Notes: a model not told the origin generated them from the sequence alone. DNA of 64,000 nucleotides from Promethearchaeia archaeon (GCA_029856145.1 JAHQWK010000003.1:1-64000), one strand, 5' to 3'. Shown: positions 21,001 to 30,608, numbered from the stretch's first letter. Numbers and translations are program-made.

Positions 21001-22096
21001 TTATAAAAAGTATTTGCTGACCCCCGACTGCGCCAAATTCATGAAACGCATCATAGGTTAGCCAGTAAAATCCATCATCCATCCAACTTTCTCCCCATGA
21101 ATTAACTACTCTGAAAGCTCCGACATCACTTCCCTCTGATATGGAATCATCATATCCCACAAAACATTGGGCATGATTTAGGCCAGAAGAATTGTCATAT
21201 TCATCAGAAGATAGCACATAATCTGATAAACCATCATCTAAACCATTATTATACTGATATGCGTCAATTCCAATTGTTACAGGCGTTCCACTGTCGATTA
21301 AGCTTTTAATAACATCGATTGTAGCATAACCAATATATGAAATTAAAGTATAATCAAGAGGTCTATGATAAGGTGCCTCCCGCCATGCAGCTTCACCTCC
21401 CCAACTATCAACATCTGTATCATCATAAGGCATAGTATTTAAAGTTGAAACACCCCACTCTTTTATCAGTTGTGCAGTCTCAGAAGGTACCGAACCATAA
21501 TCATAAGCAGATATTTTATTATATGACCATGCTGGACTTAATAGATATTGTGGATCCCCTGAACTAGCATCCCATCCATAATCTTTCGCCTCTAAATATC
21601 CATAAGCATAATACACATTTGCCCATGAAGTACAAGATCCTTGCATACCTTGATCTCCAACAACAGGAAAGTAGATTTCTGTAGAAATATCTGCTGTGGC
21701 CTTAAATCCATGTTCGTAATCTGGAATTAATTCTAATAATGATATCTCTCCAATCAGGCTTTCCAAGTCCTCTTCTGAAGCACTTGAATATCCAGTACCA
21801 TGACCATCTATAATATGGTCATAATGTCCTTTTGAATCTTCAATTCTAATATCCTTTTTCATATCTTCAACTTCTTCTTCTGTTATATACTTTGCTAAAT
21901 ATCTTTTCCCGTTTAGTGTATAAATAAAAGTATGTCCTGAGCACTCAATGTCAATTATATCTTCTGGATCAGAATTTGAATCTTTTTTGGAAAATAAATA
22001 AAACGTTGTAGTAGTATTTAACGTATAAAATAGTACTGAAAGAATGCTTAAAATTAGAAAAACTGTACTAATCTTTTTTTGATCAATATTTTTCAA
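18050..22096 (-). CDS. Cell-surface papain-like (C1A) cysteine peptidase with CARDB/Ig repeats and C-terminal anchor
   Basis: QGMQGSCTSWA, HAQCFVGYD, NSWG catalytic motifs; three CARDB-like repeats (INYLWTP...YNFTAY); two YEKSTGILL domains; ISGY-TM-KSKIRK tail. Confidence 0.9.
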   Translation of the reverse strand: MKNIDQKKISTVFLILSILSVLFYTLNTTTTFYLFSKKDSNSDPEDIIDIECSGHTFIYTLNGKRYLAKYITEEEVEDMKKDIRIEDSKGHYDHIIDGHGTGYSSASEEDLESLIGEISLLELIPDYEHGFKATADISTEIYFPVVGDQGMQGSCTSWANVYYAYGYLEAKDYGWDASSGDPQYLLSPAWSYNKISAYDYGSVPSETAQLIKEWGVSTLNTMPYDDTDVDSWGGEAAWREAPYHRPLDYTLISYIGYATIDVIKSLIDSGTPVTIGIDAYQYNNGLDDGLSDYVLSSDEYDNSSGLNHAQCFVGYDDSISEGSDVGAFRVVNSWGESWMDDGFYWLTYDAFHEFGAVGGQQILFITDRIDYNPDLIATWEFSSAPTRMSDIITLGVGPHSSPLDILNPHYDNDVNNLFPEFMAFDISDFYSYYIANNDVLFYLEVGPSDTTGTISSFKLERYTGGILQQISQESPDTPKDTPGYVIATFMSFAHELKTVLTVPTNPLIHNSYQIKTLVINNGANPETSVDFDLLLNDVPVHSIIIPNLPIGANTTINYLWTPTEYDIYNFTAYVTPVPGETYLSNNYDTEILYILGPIFYDDFESGLSQWVSITGLWHLTDDSSAWPDPYHSPTHSMWFGNESTGDYATGFQEYGEMVSVPFNLTDAEAAFLEFYHWRQAEGFGYDISSVYISINGMTWDLIYQSDEASVLPWAEVSLDISAYIGNPSVQIMFTFDTIDSIMNNYRGWLVDDIAIMGTGIEIPHNLRVSLELPDFPEISNSYTVNATISNIGTSDESNVDLFLYLNEIIVNSINIANLPSGSSQTINYLWTPITYGEYNFTAYAPSVPGEILTFDNLVTEIVPLHEIILFDGMFIDYTYTLTSGAIYTGPTHVSYTHILESMFHVIWDGVISGIPIMSYWDVNTQTRIMENSGGNLYFGDGAHTPIWIFTEVNLGDTVPIAVDGEFDHLFLVSGEFIYEIPEFGAVEAWILEDLTFPGGIAYYEKSTGILLSGYFPYAGGLYSYSFDLTSSNAPFIKIINDHDLRVTLDTPNYGEIDNTYAITATVINTGANDETNIDFFLYLDDVIVDSIHISYLQSGANETIDYLWTPTDYGAYNFTAYAPPIVGETYTIDNLKSELIQVQELHLFDGLFINYSFTLFGQTSPMEFLYSYISGATFHIDYILHHEFGPQTGYWDVDTRTRIMSNAFGGLSFGIGTHTPIWIFTAISINDVISIAVDAEGDHDFIVSDELSYNLTGFGLVDVWVVEDLTIPGGIAWYEKSTGILLNGIFLYFGGLYNYTFEIFNTNIEFNPTTTDNGISGYNLLFIIALLGVTIVFLTKSKIRKTKN

Positions 22097-22254
22097 ACAA
22101 ATTTCGCCTTGTTTTTTTAAAAAATTGCATTTTAGATATGCTATTTTTGATAGTGTTAATTAACTATTTATGTTTTACTAAAACATCCAAGGTGATTTCG
22201 ATTATTCTGGTTAAGAGATGAAATATATACCAAATCTTTAGAAAATAACTTGTG

Positions 22255-22399
22255 GTAAGAAGAAATACTTAAAAAACATAGTTAAATATAGTTAATTATG
22301 AATCTATGGAAAGATATTCCCTCGGGAGATGATCCTCCAGTTATTTTAAACGCAGTAATTGAAGTTATAAGCGGTTTGAGAGTTTATATTTTAGATTAG
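22255..22399 (+). pseudogene. Truncated copy of the ppa upstream region and 5' end
   Basis: ATG 22298 reads MNLWKDIPSGDDPPVILNAVIEVISGLR then VYILD*; upstream taagaagaaata(c/t)ttaaaaaa is shared with 24610-24737. Confidence 0.88.
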
Positions 22400-22457
22400 A
22401 AGAACACCTGAAATTTTCATAATAGCATGAAAAGAACCTATTGTAACATACTTGAAT

Positions 22458-23966
22458 TTACAAAGCACTTGTTCTTTTGATAGTCTCCCATTGCATAGGA
22501 TATTTTAAATATTGCTCTAATTGACTTAAAATTCTGATTGTGCTAATCATGTATCCGTAGAATAATTTATAAGCGATTATATAAAACAAAATTTTTGGCT
22601 TTTCCCTTACATCCACATATATCGCATACATACTGATAACTATTTCTATTATCAGAAAGAAAAAAAACCAGAAAAAATAAATGTGTGTATATATAAGAAA
22701 TCCAGAAAATGGATTAAATATAAGTATAAAAATCCACATACTTGCGAAAAAGTTAAACCAAGAAAAGATTAATCCATTCAAAGATACCCATGGAAGTATA
22801 AACAATCCTGTAGTTCCATATTTTGGATTAAAAAACATGCCTTTATGTTTAATTATTACTTGTAATAATCCTCTATACCAACGATACCTTTGTTTAAATA
22901 AATCAAAAAGAAATATTGGAGCTTCTGTATATCCGATTGATTTAGGTTCGTATTCTATTTTATATCCTGCTCTTAATATTTTTAAAGTTAAGTCTGCATC
23001 TTCTGCAAATGTATCTCCGGTATAGAAACCCACCTCTTTAATTATAGATTTTCTAAAAGCTCCTAAGGGACCTGGAACTACTGTTATTTTTCTAAAAAAT
23101 GCCTCACTTCTTCTTTGAAGATTCAGATTAGAAATATATTCCAAAGCTTGTAATTTTGTAAGTAACTTATTTCGATTTCCAACTTTTATATTCCCTGCTA
23201 CTGCTCCAACTTTACTATCAATGAAATGATTGACTAATGGCTGTATTGCATTCTTATCCAAAACTGTATCAGCATCTATACATACTATAATATCTGATTT
23301 AGATGATTCTATCCCTTTATTTAGTGCACCCCACTTTCCACCATTCTTTTTTTTTGAAATAACCCTTATTGGATTATTAGTTTCCATCAATTTTGCAATT
23401 TTTAAAGTATCATCCATTGAGCCATCATCCACAACAATAATCTCTTTTTGACTATAACTCAGTTCTAAAACTGATCTTATTGTTTTTTCAATCACTTTGC
23501 CCTCATTAAAGGCGGGTATAATTATCGAAACTGATGGTATATTCCCAGACTCCTTAATATTCGGACGAAACAAGAGTGAAGTAGATAAATTAACAAAAGT
23601 TCTAAAACCAAAAAATATTATTAATGTGATAAATAATATAGAAGTTAATTGATATAATAATTCTTGAGCGAATAGAGACAATATTACCTGGATGATTCCT
23701 AAAATTGTAATTATCGTGAGAATTATTTTAACAGAAGAAAATGTCTTCTTTTTGATTGGTGATGAAAACCTTATTCTCGCGTTTCCATACCAAAATAAAG
23801 TAATAATAATGGTTAAAACACCAATGATAGCAGAGATATAGGTGATCCAATATACCATTGGATAAATATTAAGAAAATTGATAAAAAGAATCATTGGTTC
23901 ACTTGCGAATAGGATTAGTGAAATTATAATAATTATTATAACCACAATACTTTTTTTAAACGTCAT
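22458..23966 (-). CDS. Processive GT2 glycosyltransferase (IcaA/PgaC/cellulose synthase-like)
   Basis: IIPAFNE, DDGS, GKWGALN, DAD, AED, QRYRW motifs with flanking TMs. Confidence 0.92.
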   Translation of the reverse strand: MTFKKSIVVIIIIIISLILFASEPMILFINFLNIYPMVYWITYISAIIGVLTIIITLFWYGNARIRFSSPIKKKTFSSVKIILTIITILGIIQVILSLFAQELLYQLTSILFITLIIFFGFRTFVNLSTSLLFRPNIKESGNIPSVSIIIPAFNEGKVIEKTIRSVLELSYSQKEIIVVDDGSMDDTLKIAKLMETNNPIRVISKKKNGGKWGALNKGIESSKSDIIVCIDADTVLDKNAIQPLVNHFIDSKVGAVAGNIKVGNRNKLLTKLQALEYISNLNLQRRSEAFFRKITVVPGPLGAFRKSIIKEVGFYTGDTFAEDADLTLKILRAGYKIEYEPKSIGYTEAPIFLFDLFKQRYRWYRGLLQVIIKHKGMFFNPKYGTTGLFILPWVSLNGLIFSWFNFFASMWIFILIFNPFSGFLIYTHIYFFWFFFFLIIEIVISMYAIYVDVREKPKILFYIIAYKLFYGYMISTIRILSQLEQYLKYPMQWETIKRTSAL

Positions 23967-24416
23967 ATCATTTTAGGTCGCAGAGATTAGGTTATCTTAA
24001 GAATAACTATTTTTAAGTATTAAGGTATATACTTTTCCCTATTTATTGATCTTATAAAAAAGAAAATCCATGAAATGAATTCATAAAAAAAACAATTGAA
24101 ATTATTTAAAGATCGAGCAGTTTCCAATTTTTAAAACATTTAATTCAATCTCATCAATATGCTTTTGAACACCAGGAACCTCCTCAATAAATTTTTGGAT
24201 CTCTAGAATTTCTTTAATGAATTTTTGAGCTTTTGGGATTTCATTTTGTATATAATTAGCTCTATACTTTATTGGAATATATATATCTTTACTTCTACTA
24301 TTTTCAATTTCCAGACAAAATTATCTCATTATCTAACTTAATAAATTTGTTAATATCAAAGATATGTAAGGCAATAAAAAATGTACGGTCTAAAATATTG
24401 GCACTATATTTTAAAG

Positions 24417-24543
24417 TATACCTCTGCAAATTGGATATACCTTACGACATAAATTACATCTTTTTAGAACATAGCCTTTTTCTTTTTTTAGTAAATTGAA
24501 TGCTGCCTACAAGCTTTTTGGTTCACTGTATTTCCATCTAATT
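24417..24543 (-). pseudogene. Decayed copy of the 3' end of the QueG-like Fe-S gene (27856-28536)
   Basis: LDGNTVNQKACRQHSIY*[frameshift]KGYVLKRCNLCRK versus LDGITVNQKACRQHSIYKTEKGYTLKRCNLCRK. Confidence 0.82.
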
Positions 24544-24652
24544 CTTGGACCAATAGTATGGACGAACCATTAGATCAACACATTTAATAAAAATTAATAA
24601 ATATCTGGGATAAGAAGAAATATTTAAAAAATGTGTTTAAATTTAGATACTT

Positions 24653-25186
24653 ATGAATTTATGGAAAGATATTCCCCCGGGAGATAATCCTCCAGTTATT
24701 TTAAATGCTGTAATTGAAGTTATAAGTGGTTCGAGAGATAAATATGAGTATAAACCCGAATGGGAAGCTTTTTTGTTGGATCGAGTTATCCCTTCCTCAG
24801 TTGTTTTTCCAGTAGAATATGGCTTTATCCCCCAAACATGGTCAGATGATGATGATCCTCTTGATATAATGATATTGAGTTATGAACCCCTCGAAGTGGG
24901 GTGTATTGTAAAAGTTCGAGTTATTGGTGCTCTAATTATTGAAGATGAACATGGAGATGACCCAAAAATTCTTTCTGTTTTAATTAATGATGCTAGATTT
25001 AGCGGATATAATGATATTCAAGACGTACATAAGCATAGGCTTAAGGAAATTCAAGAGTTCTATGAGACATATAAAAGATTAGAACCACACAAATGGGTTA
25101 AATTTAAAGAATGGAAAGACGTTAAGGAAGCTAGAGATATTGTAGAGCACTCAATTAATTTATTTAGAAATTTGAAGTTAGAATAG
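24653..25186 (+). CDS. ppa: Inorganic pyrophosphatase (family I)
   Basis: KYEY, YGFIPQT, DDDPLD, DPKIL motifs. Confidence 0.96.
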   Translation: MNLWKDIPPGDNPPVILNAVIEVISGSRDKYEYKPEWEAFLLDRVIPSSVVFPVEYGFIPQTWSDDDDPLDIMILSYEPLEVGCIVKVRVIGALIIEDEHGDDPKILSVLINDARFSGYNDIQDVHKHRLKEIQEFYETYKRLEPHKWVKFKEWKDVKEARDIVEHSINLFRNLKLE

Positions 25187-25228
25187 ATTAAAAATAAAAA
25201 AAGGTTTTGAATTAAGATAAATATCTTT

Positions 25229-25670
25229 TTAAATTAACTTTCTGCGCTTATATATTACCATTATCAAAGACACTACACCAATAATAATAGCAAATAGAAC
25301 TAGATCATATCCAGGAATCCCTGCTGGAGGCGTATAATATTGAAACAAAGCATTTGTATCAATAAAATCAAGAGTATAATTACTTCCAACTCCCCATATA
25401 AATGTGCCTTTGATAAGAATGCCTGTGCTTTTTTCATACCAGGCTGTAGAGTTAGTGGCTAAATTTTCTAGTATCCACACTTCAATTAAACCAAAACCAA
25501 CTAAATCATAGATGAAATCTCCCTTAATATTAAACATATAATCCCCTACTCCATCCATAGCAATGGGCACAAGATCATTAAGAGTAACGTTAGTATGTAT
25601 CCAAGCAGGCTCGTGAGTTCCAGATCCAAAATGGAGAGCCCCCATAGCGTAGCTTATAATTCTTGTGGAT
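25229..25670 (-). pseudogene. 5'-truncated surface-protein fragment homologous to the C-terminus of the C1A peptidase
   Basis: STRIISYAMGALHFGSGTHEPAWI...WYEKSTGIL...GIPGY-TM-KRRK; homology continues upstream of ATG 25645 then breaks at an A/T run; no signal peptide. Confidence 0.65.
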
Positions 25671-25795
25671 TTTATTTTTTTTTCAAAAATATATTCTTAT
25701 ACGAAAATTATTAGAAATTCAAGTATTTAATTATTATAGATTTTTTATATAAAATTCTTCTTTATATAGAAGTAAAAAAATAATTTTGATGAAGA

Positions 25796-26266
25796 ATGGT
25801 TGAAAGAAAGAGATTAACTGCTTATGATACTAGAAGATATCCGGTCAGACCACATATAGGAGTTGGAATTCTTCTCATTCGAGAAAAAACTCTACTTCTT
25901 GTAAAAAGAAAATATGAACCTGATTTAGGATACTGGAGTATTCCGGGAGGACATTTAGATCTTGGAGAAAAAGTAGAAGTATCAGCAGTAAGGGAAGCTT
26001 TTGAGGAAACGGGGTTTAAGGTTAAGGTTTCAAGATTAGCTGGTATCATAGATAAAATTATGTATGATAATGAAGGAAAAATAGAATACCATTATGTTCT
26101 AATCAATTATTTTGTAGAGCAAATAGAAGGAGATGAAAATCAACCACCCAAGGCAGCAGATGACGCTCTGGATGCTCGTTTTGTACCTTTTGAACAACTT
26201 AAAACTTATAACTTAACTGAATCCTTAATTGAACTTCTAAGGCAATTAAACATTGGATACAATTAA
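25796..26266 (+). CDS. Nudix hydrolase (ADP-ribose pyrophosphatase-like)
   Basis: Nudix box GGHLDLGEKVEVSAVREAFEETG. Confidence 0.93.
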   Translation: MVERKRLTAYDTRRYPVRPHIGVGILLIREKTLLLVKRKYEPDLGYWSIPGGHLDLGEKVEVSAVREAFEETGFKVKVSRLAGIIDKIMYDNEGKIEYHYVLINYFVEQIEGDENQPPKAADDALDARFVPFEQLKTYNLTESLIELLRQLNIGYN

Positions 26267-26524
26267 AGAATTATCAGAATGACTATATTATTCTGATTCT
26301 TTTCTGTTAATAGAAAAGTTTTATAATGAATTTATGGACATAAGGATATGACTTGAAGTGCCTGAATATTAAATTAAATCCTATTTTTTTATTTCTCTTC
26401 AGAATTTAATCTTGATAGAACTTTTAATTGATAAAACAAAAGAATATAATTTTATCATTATTATTTTGTAATAGAGAATACTCTAGAGATTAATTGAAAT
26501 AATATTTGGAGAAGGTTCTAAGAC

Positions 26525-27841
26525 TTGTCTACATTAATGAAAACTGCCAAGAACGGAAATATCACCAAAGAAATGGAGATTGTCGCAAAAAGAGAGCAAG
26601 TTGACGTCGATTTCATAAAGCGGGGCATAGAAAAAGGAAGAATCATTATTCCTAAATCGAATAGAAGAGAGTTAGATCCTCCTATTGGTATTGGAAAGGG
26701 ACTATTAATAAAAATTAATGCGAATGTTGGTTCTTCAAAAACAGTGTGTAATATTAATGAGGAGTTAGAAAAAGCTAAAATCGCAGTCAAATATGGTGCG
26801 GATACAGTAATGGATTTAAGTACTGGTATAACTGAATCAAATGTTCAAACTATTCGAAAGCAAATCCTTGCTGAACTTAAAGTCCCTATAGGAACTGTTC
26901 CTATATATCAATCCGCTTTAAGGGCGATTGAGGCTAAAGGAGCTATAATCCACATGGATGAAGATGACATGTTTAACGTTGTAGAAGAACAAGCAAAGGA
27001 AGGAGTTGATTTCTTTACTATCCATGTGGGTGTGACAAAAGAAATTATAGGTTATTTAGTGGATCATCCTCGAACAATGGGAGTTGTGTCTAGAGGGGGA
27101 ACATTTTTAGCTTCTTGGATATTAGAAAATGAGATGGAAAATCCTTTCAATCGTAGATATGATTATTTACTTGAAATGGCTCAAGAATATGATTTCACAT
27201 TATCTTTAGGAGATGGTATGAGACCAGGTTGTATATTTGATTCCACAGATTATGCTCAAATACAAGAATTGCTTGAAATTTCTAAATTAGTTAAGCGAGC
27301 TTGGAAAGCGAATGTACAAGTTATGGTTGAAGGTCCTGGGCATATACCTGCTAATGAAATAGAGCGCAATGTTAAGCTACAGAAATCATTATGTGATGAA
27401 GCTCCCTTTTATGTTTTAGGACCATTAGTCACTGATATTGCTCCAGGATATGATGATCTTGTAAGCGCAATTGGAGGAACAATTGCTGGTTTAGCTGGAG
27501 CGGATTATTTATGCTATGTAACACCCTCAGAACATCTAGGGCTTCCTACAAAAGAAGAAGTCAAAAGGGGTGTTATTGCATCTAAAATCGCTGCTCATGC
27601 TGTAAATATTGCTAAATATGGTGAAAGAGCTTCAAATTGGGATTATAAGATGGACATTGCCCGAAAAAATTTAGATTGGGAAGGAATGATTAAACATTCT
27701 ATTGATCCAGCTTTAGCAAGAGAAGTTCATTATAGAAATGGAAACGCTATTGATAATGAAGTTTGTAGTATGTGTGGAGAATTCTGTGCCATTAAACTTT
27801 TAAAAGATGCATTAGAAAGTAAGAAAAAGTCTAAAAAGTAG
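26525..27841 (+). CDS. thiC: Phosphomethylpyrimidine synthase ThiC
   Basis: KINANVG, GADTVMDLS, SRGG, EGPGH, CSMCGEFC. Confidence 0.96.
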   Translation: MSTLMKTAKNGNITKEMEIVAKREQVDVDFIKRGIEKGRIIIPKSNRRELDPPIGIGKGLLIKINANVGSSKTVCNINEELEKAKIAVKYGADTVMDLSTGITESNVQTIRKQILAELKVPIGTVPIYQSALRAIEAKGAIIHMDEDDMFNVVEEQAKEGVDFFTIHVGVTKEIIGYLVDHPRTMGVVSRGGTFLASWILENEMENPFNRRYDYLLEMAQEYDFTLSLGDGMRPGCIFDSTDYAQIQELLEISKLVKRAWKANVQVMVEGPGHIPANEIERNVKLQKSLCDEAPFYVLGPLVTDIAPGYDDLVSAIGGTIAGLAGADYLCYVTPSEHLGLPTKEEVKRGVIASKIAAHAVNIAKYGERASNWDYKMDIARKNLDWEGMIKHSIDPALAREVHYRNGNAIDNEVCSMCGEFCAIKLLKDALESKKKSKK

Positions 27842-27855
27842 AGTTAAAATTCTTT

Positions 27856-28536
27856 TTAATTTATACCTAAGGCATTTGGACACAATTTACGACATAAATT
27901 GCATCTTTTTAGAGTATAACCTTTTTCTGTTTTGTAAATAGAATGTTGCCTACATGCTTTTTGGTTGACTGTAATTCCATCCAATGCCCCTTGAGGACAA
28001 GAATCGAGACAAATTTGACAATCTGTTATACATCCTTCATAATCGATAATATTATCTCCATCTAAATTAACATTTACTAATACAGCTCCAAGTTGGATCA
28101 TATTCCCATATTTCTCATTTATTAACAATGTGTTTTTTCCTAAAACTCCCAATCCTGCAAGATAGCCTGCATGTCTTAATGATAAAATCGCTCTACCATA
28201 TGCTCTTTCAGGCTCCCAGTGTTCATAAGGATCATCAGAAGGAATAGGAACGCAACCAATATCAATTTCTTCAAACATCCTCACAATTTTTAATGTTAAA
28301 GCATCTACTTGGTTTATAACTATAGTGTTAAAATGGGAATAAGGTACATAGCTCGTTGCTGATAGGGGTGATCGAGGGATTATTCTAGCAAAAGCAATTA
28401 CTGTTTTGCACTCTTTATATATATCTTGAGGGTGAAAACCACTAGGGGCTTTAGTAAATCTATCAACAGGAGCAAATCCACAAAGATCAGCTCCTAATTC
28501 TTTAATGTTTTCATTAATTGTTAGAGGATCAATCAT
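27856..28536 (-). CDS. Epoxyqueuosine reductase-like 4Fe-4S protein
   Basis: GADLCGFA, SLRHAGYLAGLGVLGKN, CITDCQICLDSCP, CNLCRKLCP. Confidence 0.8.
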   Translation of the reverse strand: MIDPLTINENIKELGADLCGFAPVDRFTKAPSGFHPQDIYKECKTVIAFARIIPRSPLSATSYVPYSHFNTIVINQVDALTLKIVRMFEEIDIGCVPIPSDDPYEHWEPERAYGRAILSLRHAGYLAGLGVLGKNTLLINEKYGNMIQLGAVLVNVNLDGDNIIDYEGCITDCQICLDSCPQGALDGITVNQKACRQHSIYKTEKGYTLKRCNLCRKLCPNALGIN

Positions 28537-28591
28537 GATACATACTAGTTGGTTTTAGTTTCTTATAAAAATAGAGTTCATTTAAATCCAT

Positions 28592-29995
28592 TTAGCTGGA
28601 TATTGCATCAATTATTTTCTTAAGTTTTGTTATTATATCTTTCGAATTTTTACCGAATAACCTCATCATGGGTTCTTTTCCTAAAGCCCCTTTATCCCAA
28701 ACAATATCAGGAATTTTACCAATTTTCTCTATGCTTTTTTTAATTAACCATTGCATTGTAGAAAATTCTTTCATTTTAATTTCTTCAGGTTGATCTTCTC
28801 TAATAATCTCCGCTAACTCCAAATCTGTATTATCTTGAATGAGAACTATCCAATTTGGATTAAATCTTAAATTCATTACAAAATTGATAGAATTATCAAA
28901 CTTTTTCGCAGAAAGAATTAATCTTGCGGTATGATCTGAAACACCAAATCTTATTTCTCCAGAAGCTTTTGGAAACTCATTAATAATTGTGATTCTTCCT
29001 TCTACACTTGCAATATCGTTTTTTCCGGTAGCATTCGGAAGTGAACTAGAGATATTCATTCTCACTTCAGGAATTAATTTACTAAAATCTTTAGATTGAG
29101 AGATCACGTTATAAACTTCTTTTATTTGATTTATAACCTTTAAGCGCTCTTCAGATACAGTTAAATCGATAAATTTGCCTTTATCTGGCAATTCGATAAA
29201 AGATTGAAACTTGTTATCAAAAAAATCTTCTGCTTTAACAATGGAGTTTTCTATAGAATATCCCTTAGCCAAAAATGCTGTAATCGCTGATGAAAAGACA
29301 CAACCCGTCCCATGAACGTTTCCCTCAAAAATAACTTTTTTTTTCTTAAATAGTTGAAACACTCTTTTCATTTGACCATTTATTTCTTTGTTCAATAAAA
29401 CTAAATCTAAAATTTCATTACTTTTACTTCTTGCACTTTTAATAACTACTGCCTTTTCGATTCTCTTGGAATTTTCATTTCTATATAATTTTTTGAGTAA
29501 AATTTCAGCGGCTTCTTTAAGTTCATCAATACTTTCATTTGATAGATTGCTCAAATTTATATTCGAATAGAAGGAAGCTTCTGTTATATTAGGTGTAATT
29601 ATTTTTACATGAGGAAATAGATTTCTCTCAATCTCTGACTCTAATCCTTCACTAGAAAGTCTTCCCCCCGCACTAGCTATCAAAATTGGATCGAGGATAG
29701 CATTTAGATTATAATTTTTAATATTTTGGATAATTATATCTATTGTTTTTACATCGGGAATCATTCCAATTTTCACATATTTTATTGGATAAACTGTTAA
29801 TATTGCGTCTAATTGATTATTTAATTCATCTGAAAGAGATTTATAGCCAATAAATTTCGTAGCTGTTTGGTAAGTAATTGCAGTAATAACAGAAAAAGGA
29901 TGAACTCCACACCTATCAAAAGTTCTAATATCTGCTTGAATTCCTGCTCCAGAAGTAGGATCTGCTCCCGCAATTGTTAAACAAAGGGGTTTCAT
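28592..29995 (-). CDS. thiDN: Bifunctional HMP/HMP-P kinase and thiamine-phosphate synthase (ThiD-ThiN fusion)
   Basis: TIAGADPTSGAGIQAD, HGTGC, then ThiN motifs IPEVRMN, FGVSDH, GKEPM; start at MKPLC (29995) preferred. Confidence 0.92.
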   Translation of the reverse strand: MKPLCLTIAGADPTSGAGIQADIRTFDRCGVHPFSVITAITYQTATKFIGYKSLSDELNNQLDAILTVYPIKYVKIGMIPDVKTIDIIIQNIKNYNLNAILDPILIASAGGRLSSEGLESEIERNLFPHVKIITPNITEASFYSNINLSNLSNESIDELKEAAEILLKKLYRNENSKRIEKAVVIKSARSKSNEILDLVLLNKEINGQMKRVFQLFKKKKVIFEGNVHGTGCVFSSAITAFLAKGYSIENSIVKAEDFFDNKFQSFIELPDKGKFIDLTVSEERLKVINQIKEVYNVISQSKDFSKLIPEVRMNISSSLPNATGKNDIASVEGRITIINEFPKASGEIRFGVSDHTARLILSAKKFDNSINFVMNLRFNPNWIVLIQDNTDLELAEIIREDQPEEIKMKEFSTMQWLIKKSIEKIGKIPDIVWDKGALGKEPMMRLFGKNSKDIITKLKKIIDAISS

Positions 29996-30023
29996 AATAA
30001 TAATAGGTTCAGAAACAATAAAT

Positions 30024-30608
30024 TTATTTACTTTCTTTGATTCGATCATAAGCCCATTGGGCTTTGTCCTTAAGACCTATTTTCTCATATGCTTTACCTA
30101 ATAATAGAAATCCGTCTGGATAATCAAATCTTATTTTAACTAATTTAAATAAAAAGTTTATAGCTAAATCATATCGCCCTTTTAGAAAATTGGCTTTACC
30201 TAATAAAAAAAGAGCATTCAAATTGTTATCATCAATTACAGTTTCACTGTATGAATCTAAAAGTTTATCAATTGCTTCATTATATTTTTCCTCTTCTATT
30301 AGGGTTTCAATAGTTTCAATGAATTTTAGGAATACTATTTTACTAGCAATTTCTTCTACTTTTTTCATTGATTCTTTGTGCAATTCCTTATCTAAGGCAT
30401 CCTGTTTTTCTTTTTCTTTTTTTTCCTTATAATCTTTAAATTGGTCAATTAAACTTTGAGGATATGGTTCACTACATAATGGACAATTTTGTGAATGCAT
30501 TAACCATTCAGCTAGACAGGTTTTGTGAACGAGATGTAAATTTTTACAACTTTTAAAAGAATCTGTGTTTTCATCTATATTCAAATGGCAAATTATACAA
30601 GAGGGCAT
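30024..30608 (-). CDS. RING-H2 finger plus TPR protein (putative E3 ligase)
   Basis: CIIC...C-x3-H-x2-H-x2-C-x3-W...CPLC, coiled coil, two TPR-like repeats. Confidence 0.85.
   Translation of the reverse strand: MPSCIICHLNIDENTDSFKSCKNLHLVHKTCLAEWLMHSQNCPLCSEPYPQSLIDQFKDYKEKKEKEKQDALDKELHKESMKKVEEIASKIVFLKFIETIETLIEEEKYNEAIDKLLDSYSETVIDDNNLNALFLLGKANFLKGRYDLAINFLFKLVKIRFDYPDGFLLLGKAYEKIGLKDKAQWAYDRIKESK

Noticed and set aside
24272-24499. 75-aa plus-strand ORF
   Set aside because: Low-complexity AT-rich translation overlapping the minus-strand QueG-like relic.
26267-26524. Possible TPP riboswitch upstream of thiC
   Set aside because: No CUGAGA/P2-P5 core is seen; there is only an AT-rich inverted repeat (atcagaat...attctgat) just after the Nudix stop, of unclear function.
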